DNA of 47,406 bases, counting the filler, from Catajapyx aquilonaris (lineage: Eukaryota), in the NCBI GenBank assembly GCA_000934665.2. It is 2 parts of 2 records of this genome, joined end to end, with 100 filler letters (N's around TTAATTAATTAA, not from the genome) between each part and the next. Parts side by side here need not be neighbours in the genome. Positions count along the whole stretch, not along the records: positions 1 to 23,654 come from JYFJ02005643.1; positions 23,755 to 47,406 come from JYFJ02005645.1. One strand, written 5' to 3'. The notes below the pieces were generated by a model, which was not told the origin of the DNA, did not search any database, and saw nothing but the letters and a program-made list of their open reading frames with translations. Each line of letters starts with the position of its first letter. Within the stretch, counting starts at the first letter, position 1. The position numbers were made by a program, and so were the translations under genes. Shown one piece after another: positions 11,716 through 25,589 of this stretch.

Positions 11716-14700
11716 TGGAGAAACTTGCAGCATTGTGAGAGAAAATGTTTGATATTTGCAGACATATTTTTGTTGAAATGGAATTCGATGTGAATGACAT
11801 AACTACTACTAGTGAAGTTACTTTTTAAGGACTGGTTTAGAAGTGAACTGAACCAGTGCTTAACTCTGTAATCCGTAACAATTATAAAACACCTTTCAAA
11901 TTAAATATTGGCAAACGGCGAGAGTGTCACGTGTGGATTAGTTATGTGCCACGAGTGTAACTCTGTCCGAAGTGACAAATCCTCACTCATTTGCCTAATT
12001 TTACGATTACTCATCCGTCTTTGTGGAATAGCGAGGGTTTTTGGATGGGGGGTGCGGGAGTATTCACATATACAGAGGGGGTTACCACATGCAAAGAGCT
12101 TTTCCCTTGATCCCTAGACTTGCACAATGGCGTTAATGAGATTTAACCCCTCCCTTGCGGTGGAATTAACTAAGCCATGGAAGGGACTAGAGGAGGGAAA
12201 GGGATGAATAAAGTACGTGCCACTTTTATGTTGACACAAAATTCCGATCGCAAATATATATGACAGGTCGTGACGTCACGGTTAAGAAAATGGAGAAAGA
12301 GGGGAGGGGGAAAAATAGGATTTGGAGCGAGGGTTGAAGGAATCCGGACCCAATATCCGAGGATTTCCTTTTTTTATATATATACGGTTGGGTGGTGGTA
12401 AATCGGCTGCTGGAATTGATTTTCCCATCTTGGCTTCCACTTGGAGTGGCATTTCCACGCAAATGCCTTCCTACCGACAGCTTTCTCCATTTTTTTTTTT
12501 GGTTGGCAATAAAAGCAAAGTGGATCCAAAATGGCGGACCTGCCCGCGGAGTGAGGATTTGCACGCGTTTTTGAGTCGCTCTACTGACAATATCGTTTTC
12601 TACGGGTATATATGAGGCCATATAGGAGACGGAAACTGAAATGTTACACTTCACGACATAATGTCATGGAGAACATGGGCTTGGATCGAGACTGGCTTGT
12701 CATGTTGACAAAAAAGTATTTTATGCTGAAACAATGTCGTATGCTGTGGAAGCAAAGGTCTGCCACTTTATATGGACCACAAGGCTTGGAAGGGCTTGAC
12801 TTTAAGTCTTTAATTTAAATATATAGATTCAAGGCAATCGCTGCTGTCGTTCGTGATGTACAGCCAATCATGTGGGTTGAATATTAAAAGGCTGGTCCTG
12901 CAAGTGTGAAAGGTTTTTACAGAAATGCGTTTTTAAAATCATGTATAGAAGGTATTTTTCTTGCACATCTTAAAGGTGTAAGTAGCACTGGGTTACTATA
13001 CAAAAACCGGAACTTTTCTTAGAAGTTTCAAAATATCCTCAATGAAAACTTATACAGTAGCTATGTCATCGGGGCTATAACTCACACGCGAACTACAAAA
13101 AGGACCCGAAGAAAAGGATTCAAGTTTGCAATAATAACTTACGTAAGAGTTTGGCATTTACAGCCCTGCACTTCCAGGCTTTTGTAATGCTGTTTGTCTA
13201 AATATATATTGGACTATATGGCAATACAAAAAGTACTGCACAAAAAAGAAAACACATTTCCGTAAAACTTTTGCTACTATTTGCACTATAACGACCGACA
13301 CATGTCTTTAACATGTCAGAGCCAAAAATATGTCGCAGTTGTGCGACTGTTCAGTGCGGAAAATTTTGCACATACTTTCGGTACTATAACTTGATATTTA
13401 TGACTCTAAATAATGGTGCGGCCATGCCCATTCCCATTTTAATGATTAGTACAAAGGGCAACTGTTATGTATTTGTTACCGTTGTAAATGCCGCTACCGG
13501 TTTATAATAGGCGCATCTGTTCAGCTTTAATACAGATGTAACGAAGTCAAACATTTTCGTCAAGTATTTATGGTACATCCTGTGAGTTATACCACCCGCC
13601 CAACTTGTTCCGCGGGTATTGGCACTCACAGGATATTAGAAGAATATTAGATTCGTAATTGTGAAAAGTTCATTAGCTATGTAATATAATGATATTTATG
13701 CACTTGATTAGTCTAAGATTGGTTTCTATGATCTAGAGTAATGTCAGATGTGATGAGTTACTTTTTTCACCTGATGATGATTACCTTTTTATGGCCTGGT
13801 TGTAATGTTGCGTTTATTATTTTTGTTTACGACAATGTAGGCTATTTCTGTCTTTATTAGTAGTTGCTGGTGGCATGCTCCCCACGGTGTATGAAAGTGA
13901 ATTCATCCGCTGCTCTAAGTACCGCAGCAATTGCAATGGTGAAAGGGTTCATTAAGGAATTTTCTCATTTCGAATGAAAATCAGCAGTGTGGATAATAAG
14001 ACGTCTTAAACCGGATCAGGCTCGGTTTGTAAAGGCAGTTAGCCGAGATTCTCAACATTTTGGTTCGACTCTTGGTATAAAACCCTCCTCTCGACATTAT
14101 TCCAGGTTTTTCAGTCGGCTACACACAAAAGTGAGTTGGGATCACAATTATTGCACCCACCGCCATTTTATCTCTCCTCCCTCCCCCCCAATTCCCTCCA
14201 ACGCCCCCAAAATCAAATCAAACTGGATTCACAAACTCGGTTAATTTGTTTCCCAGGATGTGGCGCGTGGAAGAGAGAGATCCGACCTATGCAAATGTAA
14301 TCCGCCCCAAGTCCAATCAACCCGGTGCCAAACGAAGGTCATTCAGGTTTTCTCCCTGGCACACCTCGACCCAGCCCTTCCCCCCTCCCCCCCATTCAAA
14401 AATATGCACCCTACCAATATTTGCATGCCAAAAAATGTGCCAGATCTTCATATATACTGAAGGAAACCAGGGGGGATTTTATTCAAATGTGTTTTATTGT
14501 TGGAAGTCAGGGGGAAACATCCTTTCCCTCTACAGCATGCAGACACACAAATGACGTCAGGTCTGCTGAATTTTAAAACGTTGTTAAGCCGGAGGCAACT
14601 GCCAGTGCAGTTTAGGCAAAATAAAATCGCAGGTAACACCGGATTCGTTTTAAATGAATAATTTGTGGTCGTTTGGCGCCAGGTGCAATAACCGACCTGG

Positions 14701-16650
14701 ATAAATGGTGTAGTGTAAGTGTGCATAGCTTCACTGTGGGATTTGATGTGTGTAATGTACAAGGTGGTCGAAAATGATTTTAATAGCACGAATGGGGTAC
14801 GTATAGTGTTCATAATGATGCAGGGTATATCAAAGGATACATTGTGTTGGGGAGTTTTGTTTTTGAATAATAACTCTTTTATGAATACAGTAACTTCACA
14901 TCATTGTACTGTATACAACCTCAGGTAATAACTGTTGAAATTCATACACTAGAAATGCAACAAAAAATGGAAATATGGAAAAGACTGGTCTGGCTGTTAT
15001 CTGAGGCGTGGCACTTTGAAACTTCTGCACTAGAGTGTAAATGATTGACACAGCGTATTATGAGAAGCTCCGCACAAAACGCAGAGCGTATATAAATCCT
15101 GAATGGTAAACCTCAAAAAGTACAAAAGACAAAATTCCACTGATTTGAACAAGATATAACGAAACCCAGCACCGCTTGTACCTCATATTCAGCGCCAAAA
15201 TCCTCTTAAGCTTGTCCAGACCGAAATGATAATCCGGTAGGGAGAATAAAAGCGATCCCCTGCATAATCCCTCCGCATCTGGCAACCCTACCGCCAGGGA
15301 TGACCAAGATGGCCGCACAATAGGGTCCTTTTGCGATTAGCCAGATTGTGTGCTCTCTGATCCAGACTATGCTGCCCATGCGACGGATCTATATTCGAAA
15401 CAGCACAAATGAAGCAGGGAAAAGTGACAATAATAAGCACCAGACATGTTCCATTGCTTTATGTAACGACCAATGTTAGCCTACTTGATATTGCATAAAA
15501 GATAGTGGTGATAAACGCTGCACTCGGCTAAGTGTAATAACATATTTATTATTCATACTGCTGACATTGATGTATTGCACATACTAATTTGTCTGATAAA
15601 AAATGATCAAACCGTGAAAGTTAAACCGGTTTTCTATATTACTCTGTAGTTTTGACATCTCAATTGACCTTTTAGCTACATATATAAATTATGTCATGTA
15701 ATATCTCTGAATGTAAATAATAAACAAGCGCATTCTCTACAAACTTGTGCTCATATTAGGCTACTCCAAATTCGTGCATGATTACTGACATTAATAGCAC
15801 TCAGCCTGTGAATACAGATAATGAAGTATCGTTACTAACTACGATGTTAAACAATCAGCATGTACACCAAGTTTGCCCTATAAAATTATTAAAGGGATGG
15901 ATCCTTTTGTAATAACATTATCAGGTACTTCCATTGTAGTAGAAAGCGTCATTATTGCACTTTCACCGAAACCAATCCGATTTTCTCTCAATAATTGTCA
16001 ATATTTTCCCTCCCTTAATTTACGTCCCAAATAATTAATGATATTTCACATTAACGGGTAAATAAAATCAAAGTATTTCGATATTCAATAAATTTCGGAA
16101 TGATTAACCATAATGCCTTATTAATTAATTTTCATTATAATATAATTATACCGTATAACTTATTAGAGTGACACCACACTGTGTGCATAACCGACTGGCA
16201 ACACCGGTTCGATTTTTACCCACACCTTTTCAAATATAATGTTGTAAATGCAATTAGGGCCGCACATGCGGGTAATTGCATGCACGTGAGCCTGATTCAA
16301 ATGACGTCATATATCACTTTCCACCCCCACCTCATTTTATTCACCCCCCCTATACACCCCCTGCACCCCTGTACATAACCTCACTTCTCGAGTGAATTTA
16401 TCGGGTAGTGTCAGTTGGCTGCTATTACTTCCCATATCGGTCCCCCACTTTCATATCCCATAATCCTCCATCACTGTGACCCCGAGAGGGTACATACGAT
16501 GTTATCTCCGTATCTGAACCTGTCAACTGGACCCAACATGGCCGACTTTATCTCTCACTCGGGCCCGCCACAATTTTAACGCGAAAATCGTTCACTCGTT
16601 AATGAACTAGTGTGGTGCTTAAAATACTACATGTTACCGTGGTCATCAGA

Positions 16651-16871
16651 CCGGAATCACTCATATACGTTACGATATGTCCTTCCTGAGTACCCCCACA
16701 AAAAAATAAGGGGGTTTATGACATATGAGAAATATTTTTTTCCTCCCATTTTTTTGGGTTTGTTCGTAAGTCAATCTGTGTCATAAACACACCTATTTTG
16801 TGGGGCCGAAGGGCACGTAATCGATTTTGGACATCCTTTTCCCTGCACGCACGTTATCAGAGTCATTCCGG
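16651..16871. repeat. Degenerate inverted repeat (old MITE)
   Basis: CCGGAATCACTC (16651) pairs with GAGTCATTCCGG (16860). CCCCACAAAA..GTTTATGACA (~16694-16722) pairs with TGTCATAAAC..TTTTGTGGGG (~16779-16805). Confidence 0.5.
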
Positions 16872-18066
16872 TTGAGTGCGCCGCCATCTTAGGTTGGTAT
16901 TGGACCTACATTTTTTTGAAAGGGGACGTCTCGCAAGAATGGAGTTTGGTTCTCTGGGGCTGTGCTTCAGATAAATGGATCGGCTGGTACCTCCAGGGTA
17001 TAGGCCTACATCAGTTTCGTTTCGTTTCGTTTCGTTTCATACCCCGTGCTAGAGCCTTTGGCTCCCTTAGGGGGGTGGATTACCACCATTGGATGGGACC
17101 ATCAGTTTCAAACTAATGCAAAATTTTATTAGCTAATTGTTGGCCAAATAATTCCAATCAATGGCGTTCCAATAAAAAGTGTATAAGTAAAGGTCGTTAG
17201 CGTCGCATTTTCCATTGTCATATAAAATGTATACCACAGGGTAATTGAATTGTTTCATAGTTATTTCCCCCCTATCCCTCCCACCCATTCAAAATGTATA
17301 TAAATCGACAGACGGTGTAGACACGTGAGAAATGTCCCCATCGATTATAGCCCATCCCCACCCCACTTTTGCCCACACCCCATCCCAACTCTCTCACCAC
17401 AGGTTATTGTGGCGGTCCGACTATTGTTGCCCTGATTTTGGATGCGGTTGTTTTTGGGGTGGAGCTCAGGGTGTCCAGAATACACATTATTTTTGACACA
17501 TGACGTTATATGAATTTGACGTGAATATGTGGTATACATGATCATGATTCTCCTCTTATTAAAATGTCAGCTGGTATGTTTTATTATGCCAAAAATAACA
17601 ATATGGTCGAAATTACTAACTTATATAAAACTTAAATTTAAAACTTATAAATATCGTTTTAAATTTTCATAGTTGATTCACTGTGACTTTCATACTTTTG
17701 GGCTTGTTTTAGTTACACCCTGTATGAGTGTCACATTTTATCGAGCGTGTTAAACAATAAAGTGAAAAGTGAAAATGGCGGGGTTGGCATGTTGGAAGCA
17801 GCAGACCACCAGACGTCTCTTCGGTCGGATCGATGTCGGTTTTCGTCGAAGGCAAGTCCCGCCAAAAGGGTCTATCTCTCAGTCGGCGCTCGGATTCATT
17901 CCGGCGCGGATATACCGGTGAGGTCCACCAGCAGTCGCCGGTACATGTGCCGTGTGTATATGTGGGGGACCTGACACGCACATATCCTGAGGGGGGGTCA
18001 CACCTGAGAGGAGGTCATCCGGGAAGTGGTTTGTGCACGTGGCATATTTAAGTGTGAAGGTGACAG

Positions 18067-18159
18067 ATGACGTCGGTGTGTGACGATGTGCCGGAGGAAC
18101 CGGAACCGGCGGCCAAATGTGTGGTAGAAGGAGCCGTCAAGTTTCGGGATGGGAAGAAA
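18067..18159 (+). CDS. DOK7: DOK7-like first coding exon (31 aa)
   Basis: ATG at 18067; ends VEGAVKFRDGKK|GTGAGT, phase 0. Confidence 0.88.
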
Positions 18160-20212
18160 GTGAGTGGTTTGAAACGACAGTATAGGAAACGTGGTTGTTG
18201 CGTCCTATTTGACGGTGTCTCCGAAGAGCGTTTGACAGTACAAGTATCTTAGTGTTCACTATCTATGGTGTTTTCAGAGGACTTTGACCTACACGTTGTG
18301 ACGTGCAACCTTTCACTGTTGGCAGGTTTCAAGAGTCTTGCAAATTGTCATATCGCTGAGTCTAATGGGTTCGGGCAGCAGACATTTTCAGAACGTGCCG
18401 CTTGTTTCGTATCTTTTAGATTATGCGTAGCGATTAATCAAATTATTTCAGCACTAATGGGCCGAGAGTCACGCGCTGTCACAAAAAATATGGCATATCA
18501 GTCAAGGGTGACTGTGCTATTCTGCATGAAAAATTCTTGTACTACTCACTCCTACCTTTGTTTATCCATTTGGTTATCTGTTAGAACTTTACATCCCTGG
18601 GAAGTAAAAGTTGCACATATGCATATTTGAATTATTTACCAACAATTAATTTGCAGAATATGCTGTTCCAAGTAATGGTACCTCACAAATGAAATTGCCA
18701 TAGTTCTTGATAGGAATATAAAGCCACAAACATTATTACAAAATATGTGGCTAAAGTTTCTTCGATAAGTTGGATTGTTATCAAATTTTCAATTAATTTT
18801 GAGTCACCGTGTTGAGTTATGGGAACCTGGCCCTCACAGCTTTAAGTTTTAATGTGATTACTTTGTTAAAATACACAGCGCTCTCTCATGCCTAGTTCTC
18901 CTGTTTGTCGTTGGAAGCAGAAGTGCCCCTTTGAATTTGTTCCAAAGTCCAACTGAGTGGAAGACTGTTCGTGGGAGGAGGGTTAGACTCTTTTGGACAG
19001 CGTGGCAAGAGATTAATACCAGCAGCCATCCCTAGGCTACTGTGTACTCTCCGTACTCAAAGTTTGCACTGCGGGAGTGCCAACATGTGAAACGCCTTTT
19101 ATTCTTTCCCAACTACCCTCACACTGTGCCGATGACACCACTATACCACCACTATCGAGCTAGAATGAGACTCTGATTAGTAGGCTAAGGGTTGGTAGTA
19201 GTAACTGATATTGCAGCCTAATATTCTGATAGTATTCATGAAAGTTTTATGAACAAAAACACATTTGTACTGTTTCTCTCTCCCTATTCAAATAACTTGG
19301 GCTCTCTGGAATTTCGCTTTGTAAAATTCCATTTCGCTTGCTGCTTTGGTATTCTGCAGGTGGAAACCAGTGGGGAGACAAGAGGGGTTCTGGGCTTGAT
19401 CTTTTTGGCAGTGATAAGGCCCCATAACCACGCGAAAATGGTGCGGGGTCCACCCAGATGGGCTCTCTCTAATAGGACATGAGAGCCAAATTGGATGTAG
19501 AAGCGTTTTTCCTTTCATTAACGCAGTAATGAATAAAGGTGGATTTTTCCCCTTTAAATAGTTTTTGCAGCGTAATTTCAATATAAATTGCTAATATATA
19601 ATTTATTGTTTTTAATGCATTGCTTTATGTGATTTTCAATCATTTTTTTAAAAATGTACGCGTGTGAACGGTGTGTGTCCCGAAACAGTTCACTACACCT
19701 ATAGGGAAATACCAAACATACAGATTCAACAATCTACCACTATACTTTACGAGTGTCAGAGTATAGAATATCTCTCGAGAGGCCCAAACATGCTGGTATT
19801 TCTCTCTCCGGGGTTTTCCACCTGGGCCTTGCATGCTACCCATATCATACGGTCACATCACCGCGCACAAAACTGAAGGGATATGGGGTAATCAAATAAG
19901 GCGTCACACACGTCCTCTTCTGGGATATGTTTTTGACGTCGGGGCAGTCATAAACAAATCCCAGGCAAAATGAATGGTCATTATGAGTTTCGAGTGACCT
20001 AAGGAACATGGAAATAGCGATAAATCTCCATTAACATCGTGTTGCATAGTGTAATCTTCAATATTGTAGATATAACAATTTTCAGTGCAATTTAAAATAA
20101 CTTAATATCATTTAATGTAGATTATGGCCATGTGTCACTGACGTATTTTTTTTTCTTGTTTTCCAGTGGAAGCTGCGATGGGGAGTTCTGACCAAGCTGT
20201 CTCCTGCTGCAG
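18067..20212 (+). CDS. DOK7: DOK7-family (PH + PTB adaptor) gene, 5' part only: coding exons 18067-18159 and 20167-20212
   Basis: Spliced reading MTSVCDDVPEEPEPAAKCVVEGAVKFRDGKK|WKLRWGVLTKLSPAA(D) matches the Dok-7 N-terminus (human MTEAALVEGQVKLRDGKK|WKSRWLVLRKPSPVAD). Donor AAA|GTGAGT and acceptor ttttttttcttgttttccAG are strong. No further exons found before the spacer. Confidence 0.88.
20167..20212 (+). CDS. DOK7: DOK7-like second coding exon (46 nt, WKLRWGVLTKLSPAA+G), GC donor
   Basis: Long polypyrimidine acceptor; ends CAG|GCAAGT. Confidence 0.85.
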
Positions 20213-23200
20213 GCAAGTCCTCAAAGTCGCTAACAGTTTTCTCACTTAACGCTTCAATCAATAAATTCCTCGCGACCAAAAACTTTTCTACCCAAATCTT
20301 CAACACGGAGGCAAAAAATTACCTCTGCGATATGCAAATGGCAGAGCTAAAAATGATTGTCACGGAAGAAGGGAAAAGAAATAACACTTTTCCATCGCAG
20401 GCTCTTTAAAAAAAGCCCATTTTAAGGCAAGGTTTTCTTTTACACCTGCTGAGGCATACAGAAATTCATATACATAAAATTTTTACTGCAACAAACAAGG
20501 TAATGTAATAACTCTAGATACTTTTAAACTGCCATATACTCCGCTGAAAGAAACTGGAAGCCAATATTGGATCGATGACATCGTCTCATAACCGTGACAT
20601 TTTATGAGCCAGAACATGTTCTGCCATAAGCAAGTGTCATTAACTGAACTCTGCAGGGACGTTTAGATTTTTTAAAAAGTTATACAGGTACTCTGGAACT
20701 GGTAACATTTTATGAGAATTTGGTATCATTATGCAGAGGAGCACACTCCAAAGGAAAAGTGTCAGATTCCCCTTAGGTAATGGCAAGGAATGTGAAGTGC
20801 CAAGTGACTAATGTGCACGCACTTTTGAGGATGTTCTGAGTTAAGTGATGTCAACTTTCTTGTAGAGCGTCGTAAAATTCTGCAGCTCATGAATAATAAG
20901 TGACTTATGGCTTCCGGAAGGGCGCACAGTAGGTGCTTTACTATGTCACCGAGAGAGTTGTCAAGAGCTTTTCACCACGATTTCTGTCTGCTCCGTGAAT
21001 TCTGAGATAAATGGGGAAATTATATTTGACGACAGAGTCGCGACCTGACACGTTAGCATACTCGTGTAGCCTCTCAGAACTTGGTTTGGAAGGCAATATT
21101 GTTCTGAAATCGTGTGCATATTATGCAATTTACAGTTCAAGTACTAAAAGGTCAAGGGTAAGCCTGTAACTGGCTACTCAGCGTAATTTTCAAGTGGACA
21201 TCTTGTTACAATTTTACATAGTGATGGTGTGTGTGTGTAGTACAGTGTAGTAGTGTCATGGGATGATGAATGAATGTGCAGTAATGTGAAATTGATATGA
21301 AATCTATACTCGGGGAAGGTCAATGTACTCTAACGTGTAGTGATGGGATGGCATACCAGAATTTCAATGCGGTAAAAACGTGAGTCATAACAGTAGTTTC
21401 ATTGGCAAAAAGTTATAATCGGAAATGCTCGATTTTGAATTAATTTTTATATCGAATTAAATTTTAAAAGAATGCTTTGGGTTCCAGATGAAATTCAAAA
21501 CAAACTGCTAAAATGTTCCTGGAATACCAAATAAGAGCTGAACAACGACCTTAATACCAGAATATGAGCAGCATATGGGACCATGTGAGATTCCGAAAGG
21601 AATTATACGGATAGCTAATTAATTCATAATTTTCTCCCCGTGTTTATCCCGACGGATGGGTAGGGCCAAATGGAAAATTCCTTCTGCTCTCTTGCCACGG
21701 ATATTATTCCTTCTGAAATGACACGCCTTTCATCTTTCCGCCCATACCAATTCGGACCAATAACTACACCCAAAGGCTATACTAGACCCGCAGGTTATAT
21801 AATATCTGTGGAATTTGGTACGCCACGTGGATTTGTAAACTCACCGATGGTAAATAGTGGCATGAATTTAGTCCGACTATTATCAGGAGAATTCTAATAT
21901 ATGGTGGGAAGAATAATTGAATCACTGCATTTTGGAACAACTTTGGCACATATGTCCTGACCATGTGTTGGTTCAGATGTACTGTTCCGAGGACATCCTA
22001 TCGACCAATGTGATTGCCACGGACACTCGTTCTTTCATATGTCCTGTGAGTGCCTACCTGCGACACATTCCTCACGTGCGGCAAGTGAGGAATGCAATCA
22101 ACAGGATATACGAAAGAAAGAGTCCGTATAACAAGCATTTGGCCTACCGTAAATGTTATCCTGAATCCCTCTATCGCTATTAGCAAAAATATTGCAGCTA
22201 ATTACGTACAACTAGTCCTTTTGATCATTAACAACATAGATATGGGGCAACACTAAAGTAAAGAAAATATGGCGCTTTGTGACCAAATATGTGACATTAT
22301 TGACACGCCTCATTCAGTAGCTCCATTGATGCGTCGGTAAAGATTTACGTAGGATTTGTGGCACCGGACGCTGTCAAAAAAGAGCAAAAAATAGTGTCGC
22401 TTAGCAATTGATTGCGGTTCGATCGGCGATGAAAAGCTGGCTAGCACAAGCCAATTAGTCGGGTAATTGAATTTTGCGGCCCCGCTTTTTCTCCATTGGT
22501 TTTTTTTTGTGTTTGACGGCTCCACCCCCAATTTTTTGTTGGTTATCCCCCCCAGGGGTGTCCCATGTCCTGCACTTTTATCCGCCGATAACGACGTGTA
22601 TGATCGGAATTGGGAATTTTGTTTGCCACACCTGACTAAAGCGTGGGACTTGGTTAAATCCAGTTCCAAAAGATCGGAAAGGGATTCATTAATGTAGAAT
22701 AAAGGTGTGTGTGTGTGATGGAGGCAGACATTGGGGAAAGCCCATGGAAAAGGTCGCATGAATAAGTGATAGGCGCAGCGTGCAGGACGTCATGGAGAGG
22801 CGCCTATGAATTAATAATTTTTGGACCCCCCCCCCCTCCCCCTAGATGCTGCACAAAAGCACTTTCATTCGTATTCGCATCCCCTGGAATTCAGACTCAC
22901 ATTTACGTGTGTTTAAATGGCTCAAGTAATTTGATATACCGGTACTGGTCCAAATGTGCAAGGTACCTATGGGTAAAATTAACATTTAGGGCTGTAACAT
23001 TTCACTCGGATGGAAAAGCCAGCTGTTAGTTTGAATTCCTGGGTATGAATTTGAAAGTACTGTAAAAATGCTCTTCTTACATTTTTAAAAGTTAGTTACA
23101 AGATTGTGGGGTTTAGAAACTATCGCATTTGAAGTAGCTTTTTTTTTGCATCACAGTTGCAGCATTTTATCATGAATATGTAAGTGACAGTGTATATTCT

Positions 23201-23561
23201 CAATTTACTGATAACCAGATAGCTTATTTGCTTTGGCTTCTTTCCAATCAGTCAATTAACTGCGTATTTTATGCTACCTTTGGATCCAGTCCGGGCTATG
23301 CATACCATTCCCTCGATCCTTTGCATATCTGTCTGCATGCATTATTGGACGCATCTGGTTGACGAGAGTGAAAAAGCCTGCCAAACATACAATTGGGTGT
23401 AGATCCACGTTGGGGTTGCACTGATCGAAAATGTTCTGGTAGTGCTGACATAAAACTGGAATAATACCGAGATAATGTCATTCTAAAAAACCGCACTATT
23501 GTTGGTCTTTTTTACTTCATAAAGAAATAACAGTGGAAATTGTTGATATGAACTTATTATA

Positions 23562-23654
23562 CAGGGTGTCTATTGTAACTCTGCAAAGACTTGCAGGGGT
23601 AATAGAGGGGACCAAGACAAGTATTTTTGACATAGGAAACCGTGTCCGGAAACG
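23562..23654 (+). mobile_element. Left end of a Tc1/mariner-type element, truncated by the segment end
   Basis: TA|CAGGGTGTC terminus typical of mariner-derived MITEs, running into the N spacer. Confidence 0.5.
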
Positions 23655-23754
23655 NNNNNNNNNNNNNNNNNNNNNNNNNNNNNNNNNNNNNNNNNNNNTT
23701 AATTAATTAANNNNNNNNNNNNNNNNNNNNNNNNNNNNNNNNNNNNNNNNNNNN
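23655..23754. other. Artificial contig-joining spacer (44 N + TTAATTAATTAA + 44 N)
   Basis: Exactly 100 bp and symmetric. The central palindromic 12-mer places TAA stops in all six frames. Confidence 0.97.
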
Positions 23755-25589
23755 CTTTCCGTCGTGTCCGCGGTTAATTCAAAGTCAAATTCCTCATATC
23801 TCGCAGTCAACCAGGCATTTCAGTGCACCCTTTCGATTGGCACCACCCGGCCAGTCCTTTTTTCCCGCCAATTTTGAAGGCACTTTTAAATGGGCCGTAA
23901 TTTATCCAGTAATGTCATTTTGATGCAACAGAGTGATGGAATGTATGTTTACAGGCATGGGCTAGCTAGTTATGAACAAAAATTCCAAATCCCAGACCAA
24001 GGCTAGTTCCCCATTGGCTAGCCATATGCCAATTATCACCTCTCTAGGTAGTCTGGAAGTGAGTAGGAATATCTGAACATTTGCATAAGTACAAACTGTC
24101 TTTTTTATATACATATGCAGAGGGATTAAAAGTTTATGAAATAATAGTATAAAGACCACATGAAATAGAAGAATTTTTGGCATGGCTCTATGGTCAGGAC
24201 ATCTTTTTTTCTTGCAACACTGGTTACTGTGTTCATGTGGTGCATATTTGCTGGAAAAAATATGACTGGAGAAAAATATTTAATTGAGAGATGGAATAGG
24301 ATAGTGTGTTAATATGCTCTGACACCTTTTACTTATATTGGAAGCAGACTTGTACGATTGTTGAAAGAGTCTGATTATTGTCAAAAGGCCAGATGAATTT
24401 ATGAAACTGTGGTTGAAAGTGAAGGTTGTGATCTTGGGTCATTGGCAAACCACTTTTAAACTAGTAAGTCTAGATGCAACTGTGGGAAGGGCATGCATAT
24501 TCTCATAGTCACAACCGTTGTTGTCAGTTGGGTTGTACTGTACCTTGTGTTAATGTAAAGAACCATTGAGGGCTTATCAGGAGCATGTTTATCTACTGAG
24601 GCGAACTTGGGATCCTTTATCTTTTGGATTTACAATTTCTATCCTCGAGTCAAGAGGTTACACAAAGATAACCATGATAAGGCAGGTGCACACATCCTGT
24701 GTTCCCCAGAAATTGAGAAAATAAATAATGTCAGTTACTGGTTCCTTTACTGTGTTATAATAAAAGCAACAATTTGATTGGTATAAGGAATTTTGAACAA
24801 CCATGGTAGTCAACCATGAGAGGATGGATCTTTTAGAATGGTTTAACACAGATTCTTAGTGAGGAGAATGGGAGGGAATACATACCTTGCTGGTGCTGCA
24901 ATTTATGGCATCTGGGGTGAGTGCCACAGTGCGATAATTTTTCAAATAGTGTTTATCAGTTCATCTCTAATTGAATCTCTATCTTCCGGTAATTACCTCA
25001 TCCTACTTATAGTCTTAAACATATAGGTACACATCATGCAAGTTAAAAGTAAACTCAATGCGTCATGGCTTCTGTGATGCCATTAGTTGATATCACTGTA
25101 GTTTAAGTAAGGGTTTTGACCCTAGGGAACTATTTAGTGCCATGCAAAGTCAGTTACAGAAGATCTGTTACAAGATATGTTATATTTGCCTGTGCTTTGT
25201 CCTGCACTGCTTCTATAGATCTCAATGAAGCTTGATTGGCTGAATGGGCAGTCATCCTGCTGACTGTCATGTTATGTTGCACAATGGTTGTAAGGAAGGT
25301 GAAGGTGATTGATCAGTGTCTGATCAATGCCCTCATTGCTCAAGTGCGTTAAAAGTGCATGGAGCAGTGCAGTGGTTGCCATAGAGAATAATTGCTTGAT
25401 TAAAATGTGCCTCATGTCACTGGCACAAGCTGTTACACAGGATATCAGGCACTGCAGCTGTAGCCTCTTAAGTAGAATTGCAGTTACAATAGCAAGCTAA
25501 TACTTCATTATTTTGTAAAAATTATTCGGAAATCCTGATGTGTTTTTTTTTTTCCGCAGTTGCAAAGAATGTAGTAAGATAAATTGTCA

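Noticed and set aside
24900..24960. Minus-strand LKNYRTVALT, similar to the LINE reverse-transcriptase NYRPV/ISL motif
   Set aside because: No further RT motifs recognisable nearby; too short to support.
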